From positions 19,478 through 83,477 of the IMG/VR virus record IMGVR_UViG_3300027365_000011: a DNA stretch of 64,000 nucleotides; one strand, 5' to 3'. This stretch comes from a virus. Positions within the stretch are counted from its first letter, which is position 1. Every line of letters begins with the position of its first letter. Shown here in pieces: positions 29,977-39,196 of the stretch. The notes below the pieces were generated by a model. It worked only from the letters and a program-made list of their open reading frames with translations, did not search any database and was not told where the DNA came from. Both the position numbers and the translations under genes were made by a program.

Positions 29977-31726
29977 GCGCAAGGCCAAGGGCAGCGTCTG
30001 GAGCCAGATTTTCGGGGCGAGCCGCCCCGATGACATGGACACCAGCCCGCTGTCCGTGCAATCCGGCGGCACCGCCAGCACCACGCCCGGCGCCGGGGCC
30101 AACTCGCTGCTCGATGATGTCGAGAAGGGCCTGGAGAGCCAGCGGGAGGCGGTGAAGTCCGCCCCCGATGGCAACCTGCTGATCCGGCGGATGCCGGTCT
30201 ACCGGCTGGAGAAGTACGCCACGCTGCGCACCATGGCGAAAGACCCGACGATCGACAGCGCGCTCAAGATGCACATTTCCCAGGCGCTCGCCGCCAAGCC
30301 GGACACCGGCGAGATCGTCACCATCGAGAGCCGCGACGGCAAGGACGACGATGCGGTCGTCCAGGACCTTCGCGAAACCTTCAAGTCGATGCTCAACAAC
30401 AACCTGGAGAAGTGGGCCTACGGCGCCGCCCTGCTGGGCTGGCAGCCGTTGCGGGTCTACGGCAAGGAAGGCGTGGGCGTCACCCAGGTTCGCCACGACT
30501 ACTACACCCTGCCCGACTTCACCAGCCGCTTCGAGCGTGTCGGCAACCTGGCCGGCTTCGCCAGCGCCTGGCAGCAGCTCACCGGGCAGGAGAAGTCCAA
30601 GGGGATGCTCCGGCTCATGCCGCCCTGGTCCTACGTCGAGATCAAGATGCCCAACTGGGGCCTGGACCACTTCAACCGCGAGCCCCACCGCCACAACGGC
30701 GACGTGTTCAGCATCGACAACGAGGACTGGGAAAACGAGGGCTATATCGAGTCCCAGGACTACGGCACCAGCCTGGTCGAAACCGCGTATGAGCCGTGGG
30801 TCGACCTGCAGGAAGCCATCCTCTCGCTCAACATGAGCCGCAAGAACGCCGCCAACGTCGAACGCCTGATCGGCGTGCAGACCGGCAAGCTCAACCCGCA
30901 GAAGGCCGCCCAGTACCTCAACACGATCGGCGAGCAGATGCGCAAGACCAGCCAGGCCCAGGCCGAGCACAGCTTGCGCAAGGGCTACGTCCAGACCGTG
31001 TGGAACCACATCATCCCGATTTTCTCGACCGGCCAGGGCCAGCTCGACATTTCCACCGTCGAGGGCAAGCCGGACATCGCCGAGATCGAGGACATCAAGT
31101 TCCACGTCAACCGGCTGGGCAGCGCGGTGGGCGTGGAGCCCTCGCTGCTGGGCTTCGGCGAGCAGATGAGCGGCGGGCTGGGCGACGGCGGCTTCTTCCG
31201 CATGTCGGTCATGGCGGCGATGAAGTCGGCGATGATCCGCACCGCGGTCGAGAACATGATTCACCGGCTGTTCGAGATCCATGTCGCCTACAAGTACGGC
31301 AAGGTCTACAGCGATGCCGAGCGCCCTTGGAAAATCAACTTCCACTCGCTCAACACCGCCATCGCCCGGGAGCAGTCCGAGGAAGCCGAGCGCCATGCGC
31401 AGCTCGCGACCACCATCACCAGCCTGTTGCAGATGATCGACCCGATGCTGGGCAACGTCGAGCCCAACGCCTACCAGCGCTGGCTGCTGGCGGACCTCAT
31501 CAAGATCGATGACGCCAAGGTCGAGGAAATGCTGGCCAAGATCGACAAGGCCAAGGGCGACCCGAACGCCGGCCAGGGTCCGGGTGGCGGCCCGCCCGGG
31601 GCCGGTGGAGCCCCTGGGGGGCCGCCGGGGGCGATCAACGAAGACGCCCGCGACACGCACGATGACCACTTCAAGGCCGCCGTCTACGAAGCCGTTTCCG
31701 AATTTCTGATGGAGAATGCCGCATGA
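29963..31726 (+). CDS. prt: Portal protein (P1 Prt-like)
   Basis: MAKDPTIDSAL, QDYGTSL, MSGGLGDGGFFRMS; upstream of the protease. Confidence 0.85.
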   Translation: MARTKRKAKGSVWSQIFGASRPDDMDTSPLSVQSGGTASTTPGAGANSLLDDVEKGLESQREAVKSAPDGNLLIRRMPVYRLEKYATLRTMAKDPTIDSALKMHISQALAAKPDTGEIVTIESRDGKDDDAVVQDLRETFKSMLNNNLEKWAYGAALLGWQPLRVYGKEGVGVTQVRHDYYTLPDFTSRFERVGNLAGFASAWQQLTGQEKSKGMLRLMPPWSYVEIKMPNWGLDHFNREPHRHNGDVFSIDNEDWENEGYIESQDYGTSLVETAYEPWVDLQEAILSLNMSRKNAANVERLIGVQTGKLNPQKAAQYLNTIGEQMRKTSQAQAEHSLRKGYVQTVWNHIIPIFSTGQGQLDISTVEGKPDIAEIEDIKFHVNRLGSAVGVEPSLLGFGEQMSGGLGDGGFFRMSVMAAMKSAMIRTAVENMIHRLFEIHVAYKYGKVYSDAERPWKINFHSLNTAIAREQSEEAERHAQLATTITSLLQMIDPMLGNVEPNAYQRWLLADLIKIDDAKVEEMLAKIDKAKGDPNAGQGPGGGPPGAGGAPGGPPGAINEDARDTHDDHFKAAVYEAVSEFLMENAA

Positions 31727-32712
31727 CCCAGCAAGTCACCCTGTCCTTCAACCTGTTCGACTACGGGCGCCACGTCGAGGGCAACTTCCGCAAGTACGAC
31801 GTGGACAACGTGCGCCAGACACTCGCCTCCCCCGCGACGCGCGAGCGCCTGCGCCTGCGCGAAGCGGTCGGCTACCTGGGCCACGGCCGCCGCCAGATCG
31901 CCGGCAAGCTCGACGTGGGCGAGGTCGAGACGATCCAGACCCCGAGCGGTGCCATCGTGGTCGAGAACGTCCCCGCCTGCGTGACGACGGACGTGTCGAT
32001 CGAGGATGACGGCACCATCCACCACACCCAGGACGTGCTCGACACCGACCCGGGCAAGGTCGTCCAGGCGCTCATGGAGTCCAAGGTGGGCGGCTTTTCG
32101 TGGGCCACCGGCGGCCGCGACGGGCGCCGCGGCGGCACGACGCTGCTCAACTCGTTTCACGGCTTCGACTACGTGATGACGCCGGGCTACGCGACCAATC
32201 GCAGCTACGCGATTCTCGAGTCCGCCAACCAGGTGGCCGATGAGCGCGAGCAGATTTTCGAGGCCATGCGGTCCTGCGGGCTGGACGCGGAAAAGGCCCG
32301 GCTCTACACCGACACCTTCACCAGCCCGTACCTGGCGGCGGCCGACATGCAGGCACGCCACGACGAGATTCTGGAGGCCCTGGGCAGCCGGGAAGGCCGC
32401 ATCGCCGAGCTGGAGGCCGAGCTGGAGGCCGCCCGCCAGGCGGATGACGTGCGCGCCGCGCGGCTCACGGAATGGGCCAAGGAGTACCACGTCGCGGTGC
32501 CGGATCATGTCCTCGAGGCGATCAAGGGCGGGGATTTCAGTGCCGAACGGGCCTTCTTCGAGTCCGTGGCCCGGGTCGAGCGCCACAAGGCCGGCGGCCT
32601 GCCCCTGGGCGGCAATCCGGAGCGTCCCGAAGCGCCCCGCCCGCGCGGGATGCGCCGCCACGACGACCCGCCGGTGTACGGGTCCGTCGCGGCCGCCCCG
32701 ACCTTCGACTGA
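31723..32712 (+). CDS. pro: Prohead protease (P1 Pro-like)
   Basis: GYLGHGRR, GGFSWATGG, FHGFDYV..P. Confidence 0.85.
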   Translation: MTQQVTLSFNLFDYGRHVEGNFRKYDVDNVRQTLASPATRERLRLREAVGYLGHGRRQIAGKLDVGEVETIQTPSGAIVVENVPACVTTDVSIEDDGTIHHTQDVLDTDPGKVVQALMESKVGGFSWATGGRDGRRGGTTLLNSFHGFDYVMTPGYATNRSYAILESANQVADEREQIFEAMRSCGLDAEKARLYTDTFTSPYLAAADMQARHDEILEALGSREGRIAELEAELEAARQADDVRAARLTEWAKEYHVAVPDHVLEAIKGGDFSAERAFFESVARVERHKAGGLPLGGNPERPEAPRPRGMRRHDDPPVYGSVAAAPTFD

Positions 32713-32730
32713 GCGCCCTGCCCCACCACG

Positions 32731-32755
32731 AAACCCCGGCCAGGTGCCGGGGTTT
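32731..32755. terminator. Bidirectional terminator
   Basis: AAACCCCGGC-caggt-GCCGGGGTTT between convergent genes. Confidence 0.75.
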
Positions 32756-32774
32756 GCTATGCTCCAGCGAGGGC

Positions 32775-33398
32775 TTACCCTCCGGGTTTCGGTTGAAGGC
32801 GGATTGCTAATGCGTGCCCGATACTTGAAGGAACTCCGGTTAGGCGGATTGTGTCAACAGCCTCCTCGCCTTCAATCTCGCTTTCAATAGGCTCAGGCTT
32901 TCCTTTCCAGCACCACTCGCCGCTACCCTTGTCCATTAGGGCCGAAAACCCCTCTCCAAGAAGCAAGTCAATAAATCCTTCAGCCCACCTCATAATGCAC
33001 TCGTCAAGCGATCCAGAAAAGCTTTGGAAACTGCCGGCCACCTTCATATCCCGAAGTTCATCTTCGGCATCATTGGCCCCAAAAGTTGCGGGAGGGACAA
33101 AAGGCCGATCTTTAACCTCATGGACGTATGAAGTTATGTCGCCTACAAGCCACCCCTCTCTCAGTTTAACTCTCTCATTCCCGTGATTCTGGTAAGTCTC
33201 AGAAAAAACCTGGATTCCGATAACAGGCAGCTTTGACCTTCCCTCAAAAACGCTTTCGCACTCGCCACACCTAATTACGTACGCATCCATCCCATTGTCC
33301 GAAAACGCTTTGCTGCGAACAACAGAAAGCATTTGCTCGCCGCAATCAGGGCACGGCTTATCTTCTTCACCAAGTATTTCTCTGAAAGCGTAACTCAT
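32775..33398 (-). CDS. Hypothetical protein with Zn ribbon (low-GC moron)
   Basis: CPDC...CGEC; GGAG RBS; visibly lower GC than its flanks. Confidence 0.65.
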   Translation of the reverse strand: MSYAFREILGEEDKPCPDCGEQMLSVVRSKAFSDNGMDAYVIRCGECESVFEGRSKLPVIGIQVFSETYQNHGNERVKLREGWLVGDITSYVHEVKDRPFVPPATFGANDAEDELRDMKVAGSFQSFSGSLDECIMRWAEGFIDLLLGEGFSALMDKGSGEWCWKGKPEPIESEIEGEEAVDTIRLTGVPSSIGHALAIRLQPKPGG

Positions 33399-33428
33399 AT
33401 CTCCACTCCTTCACTTATTTGCGAGCGC

Positions 33429-33845
33429 TTACCCGTCCCACTTTTCTACAAGCCTCTTGGCGTCTGCGCCGCTGGACTCGCTCGGCCAGCAACCATGCTT
33501 TTTGAAGAAAGCCGACCTCTCATGCTCTCGCTTTCTCCATGCCATGGTTCGGCATTCGATACATGCGTCGTCTGTATTTCTCTCATTCCTGATGGCCTTC
33601 GTACTCCTGGCCTCATAGGCGCCACACACGCAGCGTACCAGCCACTTTTTGGGTATATCTCTTAGAAGGCCGATAACCCTTAGCTTTCCAAAGGTGTGTC
33701 CCCTCAAGTCAGGAATGTTTGGCGCGTTCGCAGGGAGCCCCCTAGTTGGCTGCGGAGTTGCCCAATGGCGTCGGTGTTCAGTCTTTTTCTGATAGTCCAG
33801 AAAGCTGTATGAAAAACCCTTACTGGCCACCCTTCGAGCAGTCAT
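33429..33845 (-). CDS. Hypothetical Cys-rich protein (low GC; start uncertain)
   Basis: DLRGHTFGKLRVIG...WLVRCVCG...CIEC module of the kind seen N-terminal to phage HNH/AP2 proteins; no nuclease domain visible. Confidence 0.55.
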   Translation of the reverse strand: MTARRVASKGFSYSFLDYQKKTEHRRHWATPQPTRGLPANAPNIPDLRGHTFGKLRVIGLLRDIPKKWLVRCVCGAYEARSTKAIRNERNTDDACIECRTMAWRKREHERSAFFKKHGCWPSESSGADAKRLVEKWDG

Positions 33846-33934
33846 GTTGACAGGGATTGCTAGAATTGGAGATTCTTTCGGCACCCAGATCACCTTGATT
33901 TCATCTGTCGAGCATGTTTTTAATGATTCTAGGG

Positions 33935-34135
33935 CTACTCCTTTCCACCCGCCTGCCTTCGCTCCAGTGCATCGACGGTCAGCAGCCAGCCGGCAGCGTG
34001 AATATCGCCGGCATCGGCCGCTTCGCGCAGGGTGCGGCGGTATTCGCGCAGCCGCGCGGGGCTGGGAAGGGCATTCTTCGAGCCTTTGGGTCGGCCACGG
34101 CCGGGCGGCGGAGTGATGGGGGTAGGGTTGGCCAT
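33935..34135 (-). CDS. Small AT-hook-like protein
   Basis: GRGRPKGSKN; GAGGT RBS and a near-consensus promoter upstream. Confidence 0.65.
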   Translation of the reverse strand: MANPTPITPPPGRGRPKGSKNALPSPARLREYRRTLREAADAGDIHAAGWLLTVDALERRQAGGKE

Positions 34136-34168
34136 AAAGCGACACCTCAGTGCGTGTATGTCCGGGAG

Positions 34169-34197
34169 AAATTACCTCGCAGGTAATAAATTGTCAA
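34169..34197 (-). promoter_or_regulatory. Sigma70 promoter with operator in the spacer
   Basis: TTGACA-17 nt-TAATTT on the minus strand; TTACCTCGCAGGTAA at 34172-34186. Confidence 0.75.
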
Positions 34198-34261
34198 AAA
34201 AATGGCATTCCCCAGGCAAATAGATTGCTTTACTGGCTTTCGCTACTAGGTGAGCGCCCAC

Positions 34262-34290
34262 GAAAAACCCCGCCGGATGGCGGGGTTTTC
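34262..34290 (-). terminator. Rho-independent terminator
   Basis: AAAACCCCGCC-ggat-GGCGGGGTTTT downstream of the stb-like operon. Confidence 0.75.
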
Positions 34291-34306
34291 AGGTCGCTCG
34301 AGAGTG

Positions 34307-34618
34307 TCAGCCATTCAGGCCAACCCGGATCAGCGTGACGCCTTCGCCATCGGCGATCAGATCGTTCCAGGTCAGGTCGACCGCATCACCACGCAGCCCG
34401 CAGTGCTCATCGAGGGCGTCCTTCTCGATGAGCGTGAACTCATCGTGACCGAAGGCGCACTCACCCGGCATGAGGTCAAGCTGCACGACTTCCTCGGCAG
34501 CCGCCTCTTTCTCCCACTCGCTCAAGAGGGCGTCGCGCCGGCCTTCGGTATCCGCGACGATGGCGACATCGGCAAAAGAGAACTTGGAAGCGGTTGTGGT
34601 GGTCCAGATACGGCTCAT
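34307..34618 (-). CDS. Hypothetical acidic protein
   Basis: GGAG RBS before ATG 34618; third gene of the stb-like unit. Confidence 0.55.
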   Translation of the reverse strand: MSRIWTTTTASKFSFADVAIVADTEGRRDALLSEWEKEAAAEEVVQLDLMPGECAFGHDEFTLIEKDALDEHCGLRGDAVDLTWNDLIADGEGVTLIRVGLNG

Positions 34619-34688
34619 GGGTCTTCTCCCGCGATGGTGAGTCCGAGCCCCGGCTGTCACCGGGGCTCTCTGCTGCGTTGTGCGGCCG

Positions 34689-35537
34689 TCAGGCGTCCGC
34701 CTTGGCCTTCCCCTTCCCTTGGGCGCTATCGGCGTCCTTGCCACCCTTGGCGGCCTGTGTGATGGCACGCAGATCGAGAATCTTGTCCAGGTTCTCGAAT
34801 TGGGTGCTCAGGTAGTCGCGCATCTTGAGCGAATCGGACACCACGCTGTTGAGCATGGCCATTTCCTCCCGGCGGCCGGCATCGCCGCGGGTCTTCTTCA
34901 TCGCCTCGCGAAGCTGGCCCTTCAAGTCCTCGCCCTGCTGGGCAATCTCCCACACGCTCATTTTCAGCGTGCGCGACAGCGGGAAGGCGTTGTCGGTGGG
35001 CAGGATGATCGGGCCGTCCAGCTTCTCGCGATCGAGCAGCGCGAAGGCGTCGGGCATCCGGCGGCGCACGGTGCGAACGTCGGTGCTGGTGGTGCGGGTC
35101 ATGACCATCAGGATCTTGCCGGCGTAGTCCGGCATCAGCTCGCGCACATGGTCGAGCGTCTTCTTGGCGTTGAGCACGTCCTGACCGGGGCCGCTGACCG
35201 GGACGACGATCATGTCGATGAAGGCATCATAGCCGCGGGCGCCGATGTGCTGCAGGGCCATGGCGCTGGTGCGGTTGCCGCCGATGTCGGCGACGACATA
35301 GGCATCGTCCGTCCGGGCCATCAGCTCATCGATGGCGAACTCGGCATCCACTTCCTGACCGACCCGAACGCGCTCGGAATGGATGGCGCTATCGGTGAAA
35401 TCGGCGCTATCGTGATTCTCGTCATCCAGCTCGACCACCGCCGCCTTGCCGGTGCGCTCCAGCACCCAGGGCGCCAGCAGTTGCATGGACGTGGTGGACT
35501 TGCCGCTGCCGCCTTTCGTGTTGATAACCAGGATCAT
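34689..35537 (-). CDS. ParA/MinD-superfamily ATPase, StbB-like
   Basis: Deviant Walker A KGGSGKST, LLAP, VVADIGG, IVVPV. Confidence 0.75.
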   Translation of the reverse strand: MILVINTKGGSGKSTTSMQLLAPWVLERTGKAAVVELDDENHDSADFTDSAIHSERVRVGQEVDAEFAIDELMARTDDAYVVADIGGNRTSAMALQHIGARGYDAFIDMIVVPVSGPGQDVLNAKKTLDHVRELMPDYAGKILMVMTRTTSTDVRTVRRRMPDAFALLDREKLDGPIILPTDNAFPLSRTLKMSVWEIAQQGEDLKGQLREAMKKTRGDAGRREEMAMLNSVVSDSLKMRDYLSTQFENLDKILDLRAITQAAKGGKDADSAQGKGKAKADA

Positions 35538-35540
35538 GGG

Positions 35541-36017
35541 TCAGTCTCCGCTCTCGTTTGTTTCTAACGCCTTCCCGTTCGAGAAGTCGCTCATGCTTTT
35601 GGCCATGTCATCGATATTCAGGCGCTTTGCCTGACGATTCGCGTCATCCTTTCGGACGGTTTCTGCCGTTTCCAGCGTGGGGTTGATCGGCACCCTTTCC
35701 GGCTTTTTCCGCGCCGCTTCCGGTGGCGATCCCCCCACATCATCCCCGCTCATGATGCGTTCCGCCGTGACCTTCTTCGCGTAGTAGCGGGCATATTCCT
35801 CGGGGAACTCATCAATCAGGAACTGCCTGACCGTCTCCCGGCGCCGCGTGATTTCCAGCGGCTCAAGCAACCGCAACAGGTGCTTGATCGGGATTCCCTT
35901 TTCGATCAGCGGCGCCAGGTCTTCCCGGATATAGCGCAGCTTCACGCTTGCCCAGCTCGACACGCCGTTGATCTCGGCTTTACGGGGCAGCAAATGCTCA
36001 AGGTTTTCGTCGGTCAT
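35541..36017 (-). CDS. StbA-like DNA-binding protein
   Basis: N-terminal helical domain (KLRYIREDLAPLIEKGIPIKHLLRLL...ETVRQFL) and disordered C-terminus; upstream of the ATPase and next to the repeat array. Confidence 0.55.
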   Translation of the reverse strand: MTDENLEHLLPRKAEINGVSSWASVKLRYIREDLAPLIEKGIPIKHLLRLLEPLEITRRRETVRQFLIDEFPEEYARYYAKKVTAERIMSGDDVGGSPPEAARKKPERVPINPTLETAETVRKDDANRQAKRLNIDDMAKSMSDFSNGKALETNESGD

Positions 36018-36087
36018 CGCGACCCCCTTTGTCGACTGCCCATGCAGTCTAGCTCACCTTTTCATATTGCATCAAGTGTAATATCGC

Positions 36088-36335
36088 GCAAACCGCGCAC
36101 GAAACCCGAGCAAAACCCGAGCGAAAGCCGCGCATCGCCCAAAACGCGCGCAAAAGGCGTGCAAAAGGCGTGCAAAAGGCGAGCAAAACCCGAGCCATAG
36201 CGTTGAAAGCGGGCGCGCAAAATCCGCGCAAAGGGCGAGCGAAACCCGAGGTGCCGCCCATTGCACGCGCAAAACCCGAGCAAAAGGCGAGCAACCGGGC
36301 AGGGCAGGGGCGAGCAAAACCCGAGCAAACCACGC
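36088..36335. repeat. Array of about 18 degenerate 11-bp repeats GCAAAA(C/G)(C/G)CG(A/T/C); centromere-like
   Basis: For example units at 36150, 36161, 36172, 36183; 36217, 36228, 36239; 36269, 36280; 36314. Confidence 0.85.
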
Positions 36336-36359
36336 GCCACCGCCGAGCGAGCGCCCACG

Positions 36360-36385
36360 AAAAAGGGCTCCCGAAGGAGCCCCTT
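36360..36385 (-). terminator. Rho-independent terminator
   Basis: GGGCTCC-cgaa-GGAGCCC with an A-run on the left. Confidence 0.7.
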
Positions 36386-36404
36386 GTGACGATTCGCTGG
36401 TCGA

Positions 36405-36626
36405 TCAGCGACAGGCCGTGTCGGCAATGTCACGCCAATCTGGCGTCCCTGTGCGCTGATTCATGGGGACATTATGGCGCTGTTCATACTGCCATTGGGC
36501 CACGTCCTGACAATACTGGTCGGCCTGAATTTCATGCAATTCCGGCCCCTTTTGCCCGGCGAGTGCCAGGCCGATCAGGCTGGCGGACAGGGCGGCGGCG
36601 ATGGCGATGGCAATCAGCTTTTTCAT
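36405..36626 (-). CDS. Small exported protein
   Basis: MKKLIAIAIAAAL signal peptide; AAGGAG RBS; promoter TTGCAT-17-TATCTT. Confidence 0.7.
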   Translation of the reverse strand: MKKLIAIAIAAALSASLIGLALAGQKGPELHEIQADQYCQDVAQWQYEQRHNVPMNQRTGTPDWRDIADTACR

Positions 36627-36719
36627 GGGGTGGCTCCTTGTGTGCGTTTCGATGCCTCACAAGATAGCCCGGTATTACATTTAATGCAATACCCTGTTTC
36701 CGATTGCCACCACCTGACG

Positions 36720-36974
36720 CTACACCAGGGGCTGGGGCTGCATGTTCCCCGGCCATTCGGCCAGCCTCATCGCGAGGATTCCCGCGGGCTTTTCCAGGGG
36801 CGAGTAGAACACCACCGGCGCCCCGGACAGCGAACCCCGTCCCCGGGCCACGGCCTCCACCCGGTAGGTGATTCCGCTGTCGGGGCAATGCCAGGCGCGG
36901 TGAATCAGCGCCTCGAGGTCGCGGCCTTCGGGCAGGGAGTGGCCCGGATCAGGCTGTCGTTGCAATGCGGTCAT
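36720..36974 (-). CDS. Hypothetical protein
   Basis: GGAGG RBS; follows ssb. Confidence 0.55.
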   Translation of the reverse strand: MTALQRQPDPGHSLPEGRDLEALIHRAWHCPDSGITYRVEAVARGRGSLSGAPVVFYSPLEKPAGILAMRLAEWPGNMQPQPLV

Positions 36975-36991
36975 GGAGCCTCCAGTCGTCC

Positions 36992-37534
36992 TTAGAACGG
37001 TATTTCGTCATCTCCGAAGTCGCCATCGAAGCCGCCCTGGGCTGGCGCCTGGGGCGCCGGCGTTGGGGGCTGTGCCGGCGGCGCCTGACGAGTCGGCTGC
37101 TGGGCCGGCTGCGAATAGCCCGGGCCGCCCTGGGGGGCACCATTCGGCGGTGCGCCCGGGGGCTGCCCGGCCGGGCGGGACTGACCGCCGCCGGTGCCGC
37201 CATCACCGAGCATCTGCATGTCGTTGGCAACGATCTCCGTGGAGTAGCGGTCCTGGCCGTTCTGGTCCTGCCACTTGCGGGTCTGCAGGCGCCCCTCGAT
37301 GTAGACCTTGGCGCCTTTCTTGAGATACTGCTGGGCGACTTCGGCCTGTTTGTTGAACAGCACCACGCGGTGCCACTCGGTGCGCTCCTGGCGCTGGCCG
37401 GATTGCTTGTCCATCCAGCTATCGCTGGTGGCCACGCTCAAGTTGGCCACCGCCGTGCCGCCGGGCGTGAAGCGCACCTCGGGGTCTTGCCCGAGGTTGC
37501 CAATCAGAATCACCTTGTTGATGCCGCGTGCCAT
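36992..37534 (-). CDS. ssb: Single-stranded DNA-binding protein
   Basis: [19 protein letters not shown]...DDEIPF. Confidence 0.97.
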   Translation of the reverse strand: MARGINKVILIGNLGQDPEVRFTPGGTAVANLSVATSDSWMDKQSGQRQERTEWHRVVLFNKQAEVAQQYLKKGAKVYIEGRLQTRKWQDQNGQDRYSTEIVANDMQMLGDGGTGGGQSRPAGQPPGAPPNGAPQGGPGYSQPAQQPTRQAPPAQPPTPAPQAPAQGGFDGDFGDDEIPF

Positions 37535-38065
37535 TTAGTCGGCCTCCTGGGCCAGTTGATCGAGGGTGGCGTGGTGTTCGTCCACCACGTTCGCGAGGGT
37601 TTCGGGGAGCTGGTCGGCGGCGAGAATCCCGCTCATCAGCCGGTCGCGTTCGTTCCAGCCGGTGTCGGTATTCGCGAAGGCCATGCTCAGGGCGCTTTGC
37701 ACGCCCCGGTACTGCGTGACCAGCCGGATCGCCGGCGCTTCATCGTCGTTGGTGTCGGCGACCAGCAGCACCTGGCGGCTGTTGCGCTCGAAGACGCGGG
37801 CGAAGCGCTCGCCGGGGTCCGCCAGCGTGATGCGGCTGACCCGCTGCGTGCCTTCCTCTTGGACCTCGAGCCAGCGATGGCTCTTGCCGTCATCCACCCA
37901 GGTCATCGGAAAGACCGGCGCCAGCTCTGTTTCGGGGTGATCTTCCACCGTTTGCTTGGCGGCCTGCAGGATGCCGGCGATCTCGCTCAGGCACAGCGGG
38001 ATGCGCGCGGCCGGCACCTTGTCGTACACGTCCTGCAAGGTGGTCAGGTCGTAATGCGGGCTCAT
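37535..38065 (-). CDS. Hypothetical protein
   Basis: Translationally coupled within the leftward early operon. Confidence 0.65.
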   Translation of the reverse strand: MSPHYDLTTLQDVYDKVPAARIPLCLSEIAGILQAAKQTVEDHPETELAPVFPMTWVDDGKSHRWLEVQEEGTQRVSRITLADPGERFARVFERNSRQVLLVADTNDDEAPAIRLVTQYRGVQSALSMAFANTDTGWNERDRLMSGILAADQLPETLANVVDEHHATLDQLAQEAD

Positions 38066-38790
38066 GCGGCGGCCTCGGGAGCGGGGTAGGGGAGGGTGTA
38101 GACCAGCCAGTAGTCGGGCTGGCGCTCGTCATTCAGGGGCAGCCTGGCGGTCCAGGCATCGCTGCCCAGCCAGTCCCGCACGGCATCGACCTCGTTTTCT
38201 CGGCACAGCCACCAGGCGGTTGCCTCGCGGATGACGGGGAGGGCCGATTCGCGGGCTTGGAACAGGGCGCGCTCGGCGGCGCGGCTACGCGGCAGATCCG
38301 CGGGGAGCCCGAAACGCGCCGGGTGGCGCAGGGTGAGCTTGTACAGGTTGAGCTCCACCACGTCGCCCAGGGACAGCCCCAGCCGTTCGGCGATGGCGTC
38401 GATGGCGGAGAGGATCTTGTGAGCCTCGTGCCAGATGCCGGGGCGCATCATCGGCTCCGGCCGGCCATCGGCATAGGTGGCCTTGACCACGCCCTGCAGG
38501 CGCAGCGCCGCGACCACGATGTCATAGGGCGTCACGCTGTCGTCGTCGCGTTCGCCGGCCAGGTAGCGCGTGAACAGTTCGCCGCGGGTGTCCTTGTCGA
38601 TCAGTGCGCAGTACCACAGCAGGTCGCCCAGCTCCTCGAGCATTTCGGCGCCGGTCTTGGCGTCCAGCAGCTTGGCGGATTCCGCGCACAGGCCCTGGAG
38701 GGCGTGGATCAGGTCCGCGCTGACGCCATTGCCGCCGGTGATGCTGGCGGCGGTCTTCATCGCTTCGGCGGGGTAGTCGGTCAGGTTCAT
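38062..38790 (-). CDS. MazG-like nucleotide pyrophosphohydrolase
   Basis: GLCAES...EELGDLLWY...NLYKLTLRHP. Confidence 0.75.
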   Translation of the reverse strand: MNLTDYPAEAMKTAASITGGNGVSADLIHALQGLCAESAKLLDAKTGAEMLEELGDLLWYCALIDKDTRGELFTRYLAGERDDDSVTPYDIVVAALRLQGVVKATYADGRPEPMMRPGIWHEAHKILSAIDAIAERLGLSLGDVVELNLYKLTLRHPARFGLPADLPRSRAAERALFQARESALPVIREATAWWLCRENEVDAVRDWLGSDAWTARLPLNDERQPDYWLVYTLPYPAPEAAA

Positions 38791-38996
38791 GCCCGCATCC
38801 CCCGTTTCATGAGTCGATCCCAGCCCCGCGCGCAGTCGGCATCGCAGAACAGCCGGGGGCTCTCGACGGGTTCGCCGCAGTGATGGCACTCGCCGGACGG
38901 CTTGGGCGAAGCCGGGACGGGGGCGCGCGCAGCGCCCAGGGCGGCTTCCTGGAAGGCTTCATTGCGTTCGTTGGCCTGGTCGGCTAGATCAGCCAT
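38787..38996 (-). CDS. TraR/DksA-like Zn-finger protein
   Basis: MADLADQANE...CHHCGEP...FCDADC. Confidence 0.7.
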   Translation of the reverse strand: MADLADQANERNEAFQEAALGAARAPVPASPKPSGECHHCGEPVESPRLFCDADCARGWDRLMKRGMRA

Positions 38997-39196
38997 TGGC
39001 GTTCTACCTCGGTGGTGACTGTCAGGATGGTGTCGCGAGCCGCCCGCCAGGCCTCGCAGCCGGTGCGGTGACAGCCAATGACCAGGGCGTCACCGTCGAC
39101 ATAGATCCGGTAATGGAAGGGCACCTCGAAGCGCTGGCGCCCTCCATCGCGCCGCCAGATACAGGCGACGCGCCGCTGACGGGCGGGCAGGGTCAT
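38984..39196 (-). CDS. Hypothetical protein
   Basis: Coupled overlaps on both sides. Confidence 0.55.
   Translation of the reverse strand: MTLPARQRRVACIWRRDGGRQRFEVPFHYRIYVDGDALVIGCHRTGCEAWRAARDTILTVTTEVERQWLI

Noticed and set aside
380-31669. Long minus-strand ORFs (for example 380..2395, 16759..18588, 25607..29041, 29927..31669)
   Set aside because: These are antisense shadows of high-GC genes with no motifs; the plus-strand frames carry the recognisable proteins.
36088-36335. CRISPR array or coding ORFs in the repeat region
   Set aside because: The units are 11 bp and abut each other with no unique spacers, and there are no cas genes. The overlapping FARLL-type ORFs are translations of the repeat.
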